Shown here piece after piece: positions 23,921 to 32,000 of a DNA stretch of 32,000 nt. The position numbers and the translations under genes were made by a program. This DNA comes from Microcystis aeruginosa NIES-843 (GTDB lineage Bacteria > Cyanobacteriota > Cyanobacteriia > Cyanobacteriales > Microcystaceae): the NCBI RefSeq assembly GCF_000010625.1, contig NC_010296.1, forward strand, positions 1,470,001 to 1,502,000. The letters are read 5' to 3'. How positions within the stretch are numbered: position 1 is the stretch's first letter; each line of letters starts with the position of its first letter. The notes beneath the pieces are model-generated. The model ran no database searches. It was not told where the DNA came from and saw only the letters and a program-made list of their open reading frames with translations.

Positions 23921-25267
23921 ATGCAGTTTGCCAAGATATTAATCGCCAATCGCGGGGAAATCGCCTTAAGAATCCTTCATAGTTGCGAAGAATTGGGCAT
24001 TAGAACCGTTGCCGTCCACTCTACCATCGATCGCCATGCCCTTCACGTTCAACTGGCCGATGAGAGTGTTTGTATTGGTCCGCCCCCAAGCAGCAAAAGT
24101 TACCTAAATATCCCTAATATCATCTCGGCTGCCCTAACACGCAACGCCACGGCGATCCATCCCGGTTACGGTTTTTTGGCAGAAAACGCCCGCTTTGCCG
24201 AAATTTGTGCCGATCATCAGTTAACTTTTATCGGTCCGTCTCCCAGTGCTATTCTGGCTATGGGGGATAAATCTACCGCTAAAAAAACCATGCAAAAAGC
24301 GGGAGTTCCCACTATCCCCGGCAGTGGTGGTTTAATTACCTCAGAAGCGGAAGCAAAACGTATCGCTGATGACATCGGTTATCCTGTCCTGATCAAAGCC
24401 ACCGCCGGCGGTGGAGGGCGTGGGATGCGTCTTGTCAAGAGTGCAGATGAACTAGGTAATATGTTAAAAGCCGCCCAAGGGGAAGCAGAAGCGGCTTTTG
24501 GCAATTCAGGAGTATATCTAGAAAAATTTATCGAATGTCCCCGACATATCGAGTTTCAGATTTTGGCCGATAGTCACGGTAACGTGATCCATTTAGGAGA
24601 AAGAGACTGTTCGATTCAGCGACGACACCAAAAACTGCTAGAAGAGGCACCCAGCCCCTTCTTAACGCCCCATTTACGCTCAAAAATGGGTAATGCCGCC
24701 GTTAAAGCCGCTAAATCGATTAATTACGTCGGGGTGGGAACTGTGGAATTTTTAGTCGATAAACACGGCAATTTTTACTTCATGGAAATGAACACCCGTA
24801 TTCAGGTGGAACACCCCGTCACGGAGATGATCACGGGGATAGACCTGATCCGAGAACAAATTCTGGTGGCACAGGGCGAAAAACTGCAAATTAAGCAAGA
24901 TCAGGTGATATTTAGAGGGCATTCGATCGAGTGTCGCATTAATGCCGAGGATCCCGATCACAATTTTCGCCCTCACCCCGGCAAAATTAGCGGTTATCTG
25001 CCCCCCGGCGGTCCCGGTGTCCGCATGGATTCCCACGTTTACACCGATTACGAAATCCCCCCCTATTACGATTCCCTAATCGGTAAATTAATTGTCTGGG
25101 GAGAAAATCGCGAAACTGCGATTAAACGCATGAAACGCGCCCTGCGGGAATGTGCGATCACGGGAGTACCGACGACTATTGATTTCCATCGTAAAATATT
25201 GGAAACTCCCGCCTTTTTAGCCGGAGATGTTTACACTAATTTCATCCAAGAACATCTCTTGCCCTAG
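23921..25267 (+). CDS. accC: Acetyl-CoA carboxylase, biotin carboxylase subunit
   Basis: 448 aa with [14 protein letters not shown], the ATP-grasp GGGGRGMR motif, [14 protein letters not shown] and the other hallmarks of the family. Confidence 0.95.
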   Translation: MQFAKILIANRGEIALRILHSCEELGIRTVAVHSTIDRHALHVQLADESVCIGPPPSSKSYLNIPNIISAALTRNATAIHPGYGFLAENARFAEICADHQLTFIGPSPSAILAMGDKSTAKKTMQKAGVPTIPGSGGLITSEAEAKRIADDIGYPVLIKATAGGGGRGMRLVKSADELGNMLKAAQGEAEAAFGNSGVYLEKFIECPRHIEFQILADSHGNVIHLGERDCSIQRRHQKLLEEAPSPFLTPHLRSKMGNAAVKAAKSINYVGVGTVEFLVDKHGNFYFMEMNTRIQVEHPVTEMITGIDLIREQILVAQGEKLQIKQDQVIFRGHSIECRINAEDPDHNFRPHPGKISGYLPPGGPGVRMDSHVYTDYEIPPYYDSLIGKLIVWGENRETAIKRMKRALRECAITGVPTTIDFHRKILETPAFLAGDVYTNFIQEHLLP

Positions 25268-25310
25268 CGCGTTACCATGAATTTTAGACGAGAGTAGGTT
25301 GGGGATAATA

Positions 25311-25880
25311 ATGACAGTAGAAGTTAAATTTAACTCGTTTCAACTCAGCGATGAACAGTTCTTTCAACTTTGTCAGGATAACCGAGATTTGCGCTTGGAA
25401 CGCAACCCAAAAGGAGATTTAATTATTATGCCACCGACTGGAGGAGAAACCAGCAATTCTAACGCTGGAATCACTGCCCAATTATGGTTATGGAATAACC
25501 TACATAAATTAGGTGTAGTTTTTGATTCTTCTGGAGGATTTAAACTACCTAACGGAGCCGATCGCTCTCCCGATGCTGCTTGGATACCTTTAGAAAAATG
25601 GCAAGCTTTAACCCCGCAACAAAAGGAAAGATTTTTACCTCTATCTCCCGATTTTGTCATTGAATTAATGTCTCCTAGTGACAACATAGAAACCGCTAGG
25701 AAAAAAATGCAGGAATATTTAGATAATGGGACTCGTTTAGGTTGGTTAATCAATAGAAAAACTAGAGAAGTGGAAATTTATCGTCAAGGACAGGCAGTAG
25801 AAATTTTCACTAATCCTGAGAGTTTATCGGGGGAAAATATTTTATCTCAATTTGTCTTAGAACTTGATAGTATTTGGTAA
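25311..25880 (+). CDS. Uma2-family (DUF820) putative endonuclease, tandem copy 1
   Basis: LERNPKGDLIIMPPTGG, SPDAAW and PDFVIELMSPSD motifs. I chose the ATG at 25311 over the track's TTG at 25299. Confidence 0.85.
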   Translation: MTVEVKFNSFQLSDEQFFQLCQDNRDLRLERNPKGDLIIMPPTGGETSNSNAGITAQLWLWNNLHKLGVVFDSSGGFKLPNGADRSPDAAWIPLEKWQALTPQQKERFLPLSPDFVIELMSPSDNIETARKKMQEYLDNGTRLGWLINRKTREVEIYRQGQAVEIFTNPESLSGENILSQFVLELDSIW

Positions 25881-25910
25881 TTATATAATCCTATAAAAGA
25901 GAATCTAAAC

Positions 25911-26486
25911 ATGATGACAGTAGTAGAAATTAAATTTGAATCTTGGCAACTCAGCGATGAACAGTTTTTTCAACTTTGTCAGGATAACCGAGATTTGCGC
26001 TTGGAACGCAACCCAAAAGGAGATTTAATTATTATGCCACCGACGGGAGGAAAAACGGGCAATAGTAACGGTAGAATCACCCAACAATTATTTAATTGGT
26101 CAGATAACAATGGTACGGGTATCGCTTTTGATTCTTCCACAGGATTTAAACTACCGAATGGGGCCGATCGGTCTCCCGATGCTGCTTGGATACCTTTAGA
26201 TAAATGGCAAGCTTTAACCCCGCAACAAAAGGAAAGATTTTTACCTCTATCTCCCGATTTTGTCATTGAATTAATGTCTCCTAGTGATAGCCTAGAAACT
26301 GCTAGGAAAAAAATGCAGGAATATTTAGATAATGGGACTCGTTTGGGTTGGTTAATCAATAGAAAAACTAGAGAAGTAGAAATTTATCGTCAAGGACAGG
26401 CAGTAGAAATTTTCACTAATCCAGAGAGTTTATCGGGGGAAAATATTTTATCTCAATTTGTCTTAGAACTTGATAATATTTGGTAA
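25911..26486 (+). CDS. Uma2-family putative endonuclease, tandem copy 2
   Basis: Same motifs. Preceded by the conserved spacer TATAATCCTATAAAAGAGAATCT. Confidence 0.85.
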   Translation: MMTVVEIKFESWQLSDEQFFQLCQDNRDLRLERNPKGDLIIMPPTGGKTGNSNGRITQQLFNWSDNNGTGIAFDSSTGFKLPNGADRSPDAAWIPLDKWQALTPQQKERFLPLSPDFVIELMSPSDSLETARKKMQEYLDNGTRLGWLINRKTREVEIYRQGQAVEIFTNPESLSGENILSQFVLELDNIW

Positions 26487-26512
26487 TTCTATAATCCTAT
26501 AAAAGAGAATCT

Positions 26513-27088
26513 ATGATGGCAGTAGTAGAAATTAAATTTGAATCTTGGCAACTCAGCGATGAACAGTTTTTTCAACTTTGTCAGGATAACCGAGATTTAC
26601 GTTTGGAACGCAACGCAAAAGGAGATTTAATTATTATGCCACCAACCGGAGGAGAAACTGGTAATTCTAACGCTGGAATCACTGCCCAATTATGGTTATG
26701 GAATAACCTACATAAATTAGGTGTAGTTTTTGATTCCTCCACGGGGTTTAAACTACCGAATGGGGCCGATCGCTCTCCCGATGCTGCTTGGATACCTTTA
26801 GAAAAATGGCAAGCTTTAACCCCACAACAAAAGGAAAGATTTTTACCTCTATCTCCCGATTTTGTCATTGAATTAATGTCTCCTAGTGATAGCCTAGAAA
26901 CTACTAGGAAAAAAATGCAGGAATATTTAGATAATGGGACTCGTTTAGGTTGGTTAATCAATAGAAAAACGAGAGAAGTAGAAATTTATCGTCAAGGACA
27001 GGCAGTAGAAATTTTAACTAATCCAGAGAGTTTATCGGGGGAAAGTATTCTGCCAGAATTTAGTTTAAATCTTACTTTGATTTGGTAA
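26513..27088 (+). CDS. Uma2-family putative endonuclease, tandem copy 3
   Basis: Same motifs and the same spacer upstream. Confidence 0.85.
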   Translation: MMAVVEIKFESWQLSDEQFFQLCQDNRDLRLERNAKGDLIIMPPTGGETGNSNAGITAQLWLWNNLHKLGVVFDSSTGFKLPNGADRSPDAAWIPLEKWQALTPQQKERFLPLSPDFVIELMSPSDSLETTRKKMQEYLDNGTRLGWLINRKTREVEIYRQGQAVEILTNPESLSGESILPEFSLNLTLIW

Positions 27089-27165
27089 ATCAGAGGTAGT
27101 GATTGCCGTTTAACGCTTTGCTTTGTTGGGCATTGTCTTCATCGATAAAATACCGAACTTGAGTT

Positions 27166-27633
27166 TTAAGGAAGATAGTCAGAATCAAGGATTTCTGCAA
27201 GGGTGAAGGGGGATTCAATCGGGAATAAATCAGCAGAGAGAAGATACTTTCTTACAGTATCTTCTCTGGCTGCTTGGTAACAATCTATCCAGATTTCAGG
27301 AATCAATCTTCTCAGACTTGGACTCTCTTTTAATAAGCGTTGAACTTGTCGGCGTTGTTCAACAATTGTGCTGCGCCATCCTTGAGCATTTGCTTCCTTT
27401 TCAGTTAGCCAGTAAGTCAATTTAAGCAAATGTTCGGCAATGACGGTTAAGCGACTTTCTAGTTCTCGTTTTTCACTCCTTCCCATCGTTTCAATTTCTT
27501 CGATCAAATTTTCCAGGTCTAATTTTTCAAAACGATGTTCTTTGAGTAAATTAGCGGTTTCTTGTAACCATCGGTAGAAATCTTCTTGATAAAGACTTTT
27601 ACCTGAGGAGACTAAAGACTTTTCGATGCTCAT
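27166..27633 (-). CDS. DUF29-family protein
   Basis: 155 aa. YQEDFYRWLQETANLLKEHRFEKLDLENLIEEIETMGRSEKRELESRL is the DUF29 signature as I recall it. Confidence 0.8.
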   Translation of the reverse strand: MSIEKSLVSSGKSLYQEDFYRWLQETANLLKEHRFEKLDLENLIEEIETMGRSEKRELESRLTVIAEHLLKLTYWLTEKEANAQGWRSTIVEQRRQVQRLLKESPSLRRLIPEIWIDCYQAAREDTVRKYLLSADLFPIESPFTLAEILDSDYLP

Positions 27634-27732
27634 TTGATGATGACCTAGAAAAAAGAATTCTTAGATAATTTAGAAGCGAATCCCCGATCTCAAAAAGATT
27701 GGCAGAATATCGCAGGATGACCCCTTAAAACA

Positions 27733-28332
27733 TCAGAGCTTTAAATTTAAGCTAAAATTGGGTAAAACATCTTCACCCGACAAATCAGTGGGATTTTCTA
27801 AGATCTCCACTTCCTTTCCTTGACGATAAATTTCAACTTGCCGATTCTGCGGATCGATTAACCAGCCTAACCTTGCGCCATTTTCCCTATATTCGAGCAG
27901 TTTTTTCTGTAATTTGTCAAGACTATCAGATTCAGAGCGCAATTCCACCACAAAATCGGGACAGAGGGGAATAAATCCCTTTTTCTGCTTAGGGGTTAAA
28001 GATTCCCAGCGTTCTCGACTCACCCAAGATAGATCAGGAGAACGAATCGCCCCATTTGGCAGTATAAATCCAGTGGAAGAGTCAAACCCGACTCCTAAAG
28101 CTTCGTTTTCTTCGCACCAGCGACCCAGTTGAGTCGTTAAGCTAAAATTACGCTGTCCTGATTCGCCACCTGTCGGGGGATTCACGATTAATTCTCCTTG
28201 GGCTGTACGTTCTAATTTTAAGTCACGGTTGACCGCAGCAAGGGCTTCAAACTGTTCAAGGGTGATAGAGAGAGCGATCGCGCTAGGAATTTCTAAGGAG
28301 AGGGTTTCGGGTGAGGTGGTAACTGCTAACAT
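27733..28332 (-). CDS. Uma2-family putative endonuclease, divergent fourth copy
   Basis: LERTAQGELIVNPPTGG, SPDLSW and PDFVVELRSESD motifs. Same strand as the DUF29 gene and 99 bp upstream of it. Confidence 0.85.
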   Translation of the reverse strand: MLAVTTSPETLSLEIPSAIALSITLEQFEALAAVNRDLKLERTAQGELIVNPPTGGESGQRNFSLTTQLGRWCEENEALGVGFDSSTGFILPNGAIRSPDLSWVSRERWESLTPKQKKGFIPLCPDFVVELRSESDSLDKLQKKLLEYRENGARLGWLIDPQNRQVEIYRQGKEVEILENPTDLSGEDVLPNFSLNLKL

Positions 28333-28390
28333 AGTCTTTTGATCCGGTGCAACTTATACTAAGTAGGTGGGTGTTAAAAATTGTCAGATA

Positions 28391-28503
28391 CCCCCCTTAT
28401 CAAGGGGGGCAAGGTAGGGTTGATTCATGAATCAACCCTACCCTGAATCAACCCTACCCTGAATCAACCCTACCCTGAATCAACCCTAGGGGCAGGGGGG
28501 ATC
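28391..28503. repeat. Compound repeat: hairpin, 26-bp perfect palindrome and 16-bp tandem repeat x3.7
   Basis: Hairpin CCCCCCTTATCAAGGGGGG at 28391-28409. Palindrome TAGGGTTGATTCATGAATCAACCCTA at 28415-28440. Tandem units GAATCAACCCTACCCT at 28429-28492. Confidence 0.9.
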
Positions 28504-28702
28504 AAAGACAAATCTATCTTCAATTTAATTGAAACCACTTACTATTAAAGATTATTTGTCAAGTTTCTGCACAGAATTCTTTAGCTTGCGCTGAACAAAT
28601 TCCCGATTTTTTGGGGAAACTTCCACCTCGATCGGGCGGTTTCACTAAATAACAGGTTACAATAGCCAATAATTAACTAAATTTACCTAAAAACCATCGA
28701 TC

Positions 28703-30298
28703 GTGTTCTACGCTATTGATTTCGGAACCAGTAATACCGTCATTACTCGTTGGAATGGGGCGACAAATAGGGCCGAAACCGTCAAATTATCGGAGTTATC
28801 CCAACAAATAGTCGACAATCCCCCCCTAATTCCCAGTTTACTCTATATCAAATCAGCCAATCCCCTGCAAGTAATTGCCGGTCAAGCGGTACGGGATCGG
28901 GGTTTAGATAGCGATCGAGATCCGCGTTTTTTTCGTCGCTTTAAACGAGGTATCGGGGCAAAAATTCAAGGATTTTTACCGGAATTAGAGGAAACTGTCC
29001 TCAGTTTCGAGGGAGTTGGCCAATGGTTTCTCGATAGCATCATCGACCACTTAAAAAACACCACCCTGGAAACCCCCCAATCGCTAGTTTTAACCGTTCC
29101 CGTCGATAGTTTTGAAAGTTACCGCAATTGGTTAAGTAATGTTTGTCAGGGATGGGAAATCGAACAAATTCGCCTAATTGATGAACCCACGGCCGCCGCT
29201 TTGGGTTATGGAAGCACGGGTGATCAAGTGATTTTAGTGGTAGATTTTGGCGGTGGCACCCTCGATCTTTCTTTGGTACAATTAGATTTAGATAATCCTC
29301 AAAAAAATCAAGGTTTTATTCTCAAGTGGGGAGAAAAACTTTTAGGCAATAATTCCGCCCAAAAAACTAAACTAGCGAGAGTTTTAGCCAAGGCGGGGAC
29401 AAATTTAGGGGGGTCAGATATCGACGATTGGATTGTCGATTATTTTGCCCAAAAGCAATCTTTAGTGAAAACTTCCCTGACTACTCGTCTAGCAGAAAGA
29501 TTAAAAATTAAACTTTCTTCCCAATTAACCGCCGAGGAGGTATATTTTGATGAGGAAAATTTCGAGAGTTATGAGTTAAGCTTGGATCGAGAACAATTGA
29601 CCGATATTCTCCAACAACAAAACTTTTTTCATCAATTAGATGATTTAATGACGGGAGTTTTGCAACAGGGAAGACGCAATGGAGTTGAAGTTAGCGATAT
29701 CGATGCGGTGTTATTAGTCGGGGGAACCGTCCAAATTCCGGCGGTAAAAGATTGGGTGCGACAGTATTTTGATAGTAGTAAAATTAAAGAGGATCGACCC
29801 TTTGAAGCGATCGCTTTGGGAGCGTTACAATTAGCCCAAGGTTATCAAGTCAAAGATTTTCTCTATCATAGCTACGGCATTCGTTACTGGAATCGTCGCA
29901 AAAATGCCCACGCTTGGCATCCAATTATTAACTCTGGACAACCCTATCCTATGGAAAAACCCGTGGAATTAGTCCTAGGTGCTTCCGTGGACAATCAACC
30001 CAGCATTGAGTTAATTATCGGCGAATTAGGCACAGAAAGTGGAGCAATGGAGGTTTATTTTGATGGTGATAAATTAATTACTCGTTCCCTGAGTAATGGA
30101 GAAACTAGCGTCCAACCCTTAAATGATCGCGAGGGGGCCCGATCGATCGCTAAACTCGATCCTTTAGGTTTTCGGGGTAAAGATCGCATTAAAGTGCAGT
30201 TCTGGATTGATGATCAGTGTTTTCTGCGGATTAATGTGGAAGATTTACTCAGTCAAGAATTGTTACTAAATAATCAAATCGTCACCAAATTAAGCTAG
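28703..30298 (+). CDS. Hsp70-family protein lacking the canonical C-terminal lid
   Basis: 531 aa with a GTG start. Actin-like ATPase motifs AIDFGTSNT, IDEPTAAALGYG, VVDFGGGTLDLSLV and LLVGGTVQIPAV, followed by a short beta-rich C-terminal part. Confidence 0.85.
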   Translation: MFYAIDFGTSNTVITRWNGATNRAETVKLSELSQQIVDNPPLIPSLLYIKSANPLQVIAGQAVRDRGLDSDRDPRFFRRFKRGIGAKIQGFLPELEETVLSFEGVGQWFLDSIIDHLKNTTLETPQSLVLTVPVDSFESYRNWLSNVCQGWEIEQIRLIDEPTAAALGYGSTGDQVILVVDFGGGTLDLSLVQLDLDNPQKNQGFILKWGEKLLGNNSAQKTKLARVLAKAGTNLGGSDIDDWIVDYFAQKQSLVKTSLTTRLAERLKIKLSSQLTAEEVYFDEENFESYELSLDREQLTDILQQQNFFHQLDDLMTGVLQQGRRNGVEVSDIDAVLLVGGTVQIPAVKDWVRQYFDSSKIKEDRPFEAIALGALQLAQGYQVKDFLYHSYGIRYWNRRKNAHAWHPIINSGQPYPMEKPVELVLGASVDNQPSIELIIGELGTESGAMEVYFDGDKLITRSLSNGETSVQPLNDREGARSIAKLDPLGFRGKDRIKVQFWIDDQCFLRINVEDLLSQELLLNNQIVTKLS

Positions 30299-30322
30299 GG
30301 TTTACGGCAAAAAGTTTCTCGT

Positions 30323-30360
30323 GGGGGCAGGGTGTGGGGTGTGGGGTGTGGGGTGTGGGG
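30323..30360. repeat. G-rich heptamer repeat (GGGGTGT x4 plus GGGGG)
   Basis: Read directly. It is the reverse complement of the CCCCACA units in the 23577-23832 array and starts 25 nt after the Hsp70-like stop. Confidence 0.9.
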
Positions 30361-30385
30361 TTTTACCGATTTTGAGGTAGTCAGT

Positions 30386-30612
30386 TACCTAATTTTCAGG
30401 GAAAAAGTCCAGGGATTTTACCCCGGATCACTCCAATGGTCAACACTTTTTGAGGGAAAAAAGTCTAAAAGCCTTATCTAACAAGGTTTTTAGATTTATT
30501 CAGCAAACCCTACCTAATTTTTAGGAAAAAATTACCTGAATTTTACCCCCGCTTACTCCCATATCTGGTACTTTTTGATTTCCAAAAAGTCTAAATTTTA
30601 GATTTATTCAGC
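30386..30612. repeat. Two imperfect tandem copies of a ~105-120-bp unit
   Basis: Both 30386-30505 and 30511-30612 begin TACCTAATTTT, contain ATTTTACCCC and AAAAAGTCTAAA, and end TTTTAGATTTATTCAGC. Confidence 0.7.
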
Positions 30613-30709
30613 CTGCTCTAAGCTAGACTTGGCTTCACCTAAAAATCAAGTGCAGACTCATAGTAAGTTTGCACTGATATTATCGCAATATTCTGTTTTA
30701 CCGGTGGCT

Positions 30710-30841
30710 TTATCGACTGTGATCGCGCACGGGGATCGGGATTAGTTCGGGTTCGGGTTCGGGTTCCGGACCAAAAACACTTTCGATCAGTTTGCGCGCC
30801 CATTCTCTCAACTTGTCTATCACTTCATCTAAATAGTCCAT
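30710..30841 (-). CDS. Candidate 43-aa small protein with an (EP)4 tract
   Basis: My own translation: MDYLDEVIDKLREWARKLIESVFGPEPEPEPELIPIPVRDHSR. AAGGAG lies 11 nt upstream of the ATG. Too short for the ORF track. Confidence 0.4.
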   Translation of the reverse strand: MDYLDEVIDKLREWARKLIESVFGPEPEPEPELIPIPVRDHSR

Positions 30842-31037
30842 TGACCAAATGGCTCCTTTGAGATACTAGCTATGAGTTTTCGTCGATTGATCCCCGCAAC
30901 AGCTTGATTCTAGAGAATTTTAACTAATTTTCATCGTTTGGCTGTTAAATCTGACGAGCGGGGGAATCTATATCTTGTATTTATATTAAGCTTAACATAA
31001 CTTTTTAGTCTGAGTATATATTCTCGGCAATTCTTTT

Positions 31038-32000
31038 TTAAGACATTATTAATAAATTCCGGCGTAGGCGATCGAGGGCGGTATAGGCACTAATCTGGCG
31101 AATTGTCAAGCGATCTCGATTTTCTCCGAAACGATGCTCTGATACGGTAACATTTCCCTCAGGACTGGCTAAACCGATATAAACTAGGCCCACGGGTTTT
31201 GTCTCACTGCCTCCTCCTGGTCCGGCAATACCCGTGATACTGATCCCCCAATCCGTAGCGAGGCGTTTTTGCACCCCTAGCGCCATCTGTTGGGCAACAA
31301 TGGCACTGACAGCCCCGAAATTATTTAAATCCCCTTCATTTACGTCTAAGAGGGCAACTTTTACCCGATTATCGTAGGAAATAACCCCACCCCCAAAATA
31401 ATCGGAACTGCCGGCGATTTGGGTGATAATTTCCCCTAATCCCCCTCCAGTACAGGATTCTGCCACACTCAAAGTTTGTTTTTGCCACCGCAAAAGTTCC
31501 CCCACCACCGCAGGTAAAGTATCATCATCAGCCCCAAAATAATCTAATCCGGCGATTTCCTTAATTTCCGTCGCTACCGGTTCAATTACCTGCAAAGCAG
31601 CCTCTAAAGAAGGGGCTTTGGTCGCAATTCGCAAACGCACTTCGCCTAAACTAGCATAGGGGGCAACGGTGGGATTAGTCAGATCAAATAAATGGGCAAC
31701 TTTTTCCGCTAAAGCTGACTCACCGATACCGCGAAATTTGAGGTAACGACTATAAATCCTCTCTTTGCCCCATCCTTGACTTTCTAGGTAAGGAATCGCC
31801 GTTTCTACCCACATTCTCTTCATTTCTGAGGGTACTCCGGGGAAAGTGAGAATAGTCACGTTAGCCTCTGGTTGCCAGATCATTCCGGGGGCGGTTCCCG
31901 TCGGATTTGGCAAAAAATCGGCTCCCATGGGTATTAAAGCCTGTTTACTGTTACTAGGAGGCATTTCTCGCCCTAAGCTCGTAAATTTAGCCTCGATTTC
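31038..32000 (-). CDS. cinA: CinA-family protein (competence/damage-inducible; NMN deamidase domain), 5' end beyond the window
   Basis: C-terminal PncC-like domain (SVAESCTGGGLG, GISITGIAGPGGG) and part of the MoCF-like N-domain. The frame stays open to nt 32000. Confidence 0.9.
   Translation of the reverse strand, partial: EIEAKFTSLGREMPPSNSKQALIPMGADFLPNPTGTAPGMIWQPEANVTILTFPGVPSEMKRMWVETAIPYLESQGWGKERIYSRYLKFRGIGESALAEKVAHLFDLTNPTVAPYASLGEVRLRIATKAPSLEAALQVIEPVATEIKEIAGLDYFGADDDTLPAVVGELLRWQKQTLSVAESCTGGGLGEIITQIAGSSDYFGGGVISYDNRVKVALLDVNEGDLNNFGAVSAIVAQQMALGVQKRLATDWGISITGIAGPGGGSETKPVGLVYIGLASPEGNVTVSEHRFGENRDRLTIRQISAYTALDRLRRNLLIMS

Noticed and set aside
23445-23949. Four long overlapping ORFs (121-145 aa, both strands) encoding GEVGNWG / PQFPNSP-type repeats
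   Set aside because: They are open only because the C4 octamer array lacks stop codons in several frames. They have no RBS or non-repeat domain, and all frames are equally open, which marks a repeat artefact.
25373-26961. Three 126-aa minus-strand ORFs antisense to the tandem Uma2 genes
   Set aside because: They are conserved only because the sense genes are duplicated. Their composition is low-complexity (S/P/G/K-rich) and they show no start context.
28360-28373. 14-nt exact match TAAGTAGGTGGGTG with the reverse complement of 4402-4415 (the stop-codon region of the IS4 transposase), suggesting an IS4-end remnant or MITE near 28355-28555
   Set aside because: The match is unlikely by chance. 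However, I could not define paired termini or a target duplication, and the orientation logic does not give a consistent element boundary. This needs a genome-wide repeat census.
28429-28492. Possible CRISPR array (regular short repeats here and at 23577-23832)
   Set aside because: The units are directly abutting with no unique spacers, the repeat length of 7-16 bp is too short, and no cas genes are present in the window.

Overview
All family names below come from motif recognition by eye; no searches were run. The window looks like a cyanobacterial chromosome segment. It has frequent HIP1 GCGATCGC palindromes, STRR-like heptamer repeats, Uma2/DUF29 paralogs and a very high IS/MITE load, which together are reminiscent of Microcystis (taxon is inference only).

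Positions 1-14.8 kb are a hyper-plastic accessory island. It opens with a toxin-antitoxin cluster: two hicA/hicB pairs, a vapBC-like pair and a TumE/TumA-like pair, partly duplicated as a 1.14-kb direct repeat. A nested transposon pile follows. An IS4-family element is split by an IS701-like element and by an IS630 / ISKra4-like / IS630 composite. Next come an IS630 3' fragment carrying a second IS630-family element and a MITE, and an intact IS605-type tnpB element. A Dus-family tRNA-dihydrouridine synthase gene is cleanly split by a third IS630 copy.

Positions 14.9-32 kb carry housekeeping genes: pgi, a MacB/FtsX-type ABC permease, a divergent hisD-like gene, accC and a partial cinA. These are interleaved with three-deep nested MITEs, IS66-like and ISL3 remnants, a PPC/DUF4214 repeat protein, a lid-less Hsp70-like gene and several tandem-repeat tracts.

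The strongest candidates for something undescribed are:
1. A head-to-tail triplicated Uma2 (DUF820) nuclease-like array with a mosaic variable patch, next to a fourth Uma2 gene and a DUF29 gene.
2. A HicB antitoxin fused to an N-terminal module that also occurs here as orphan fragments.
3. A 45-nt hairpin cassette inserted in frame inside the DE motif of every full-length IS630 transposase copy.
4. A full-length HisD paralog lacking several canonical catalytic and zinc residues.
5. A run of 32 C4 tracts in the hisD-like/accC divergent promoter region.
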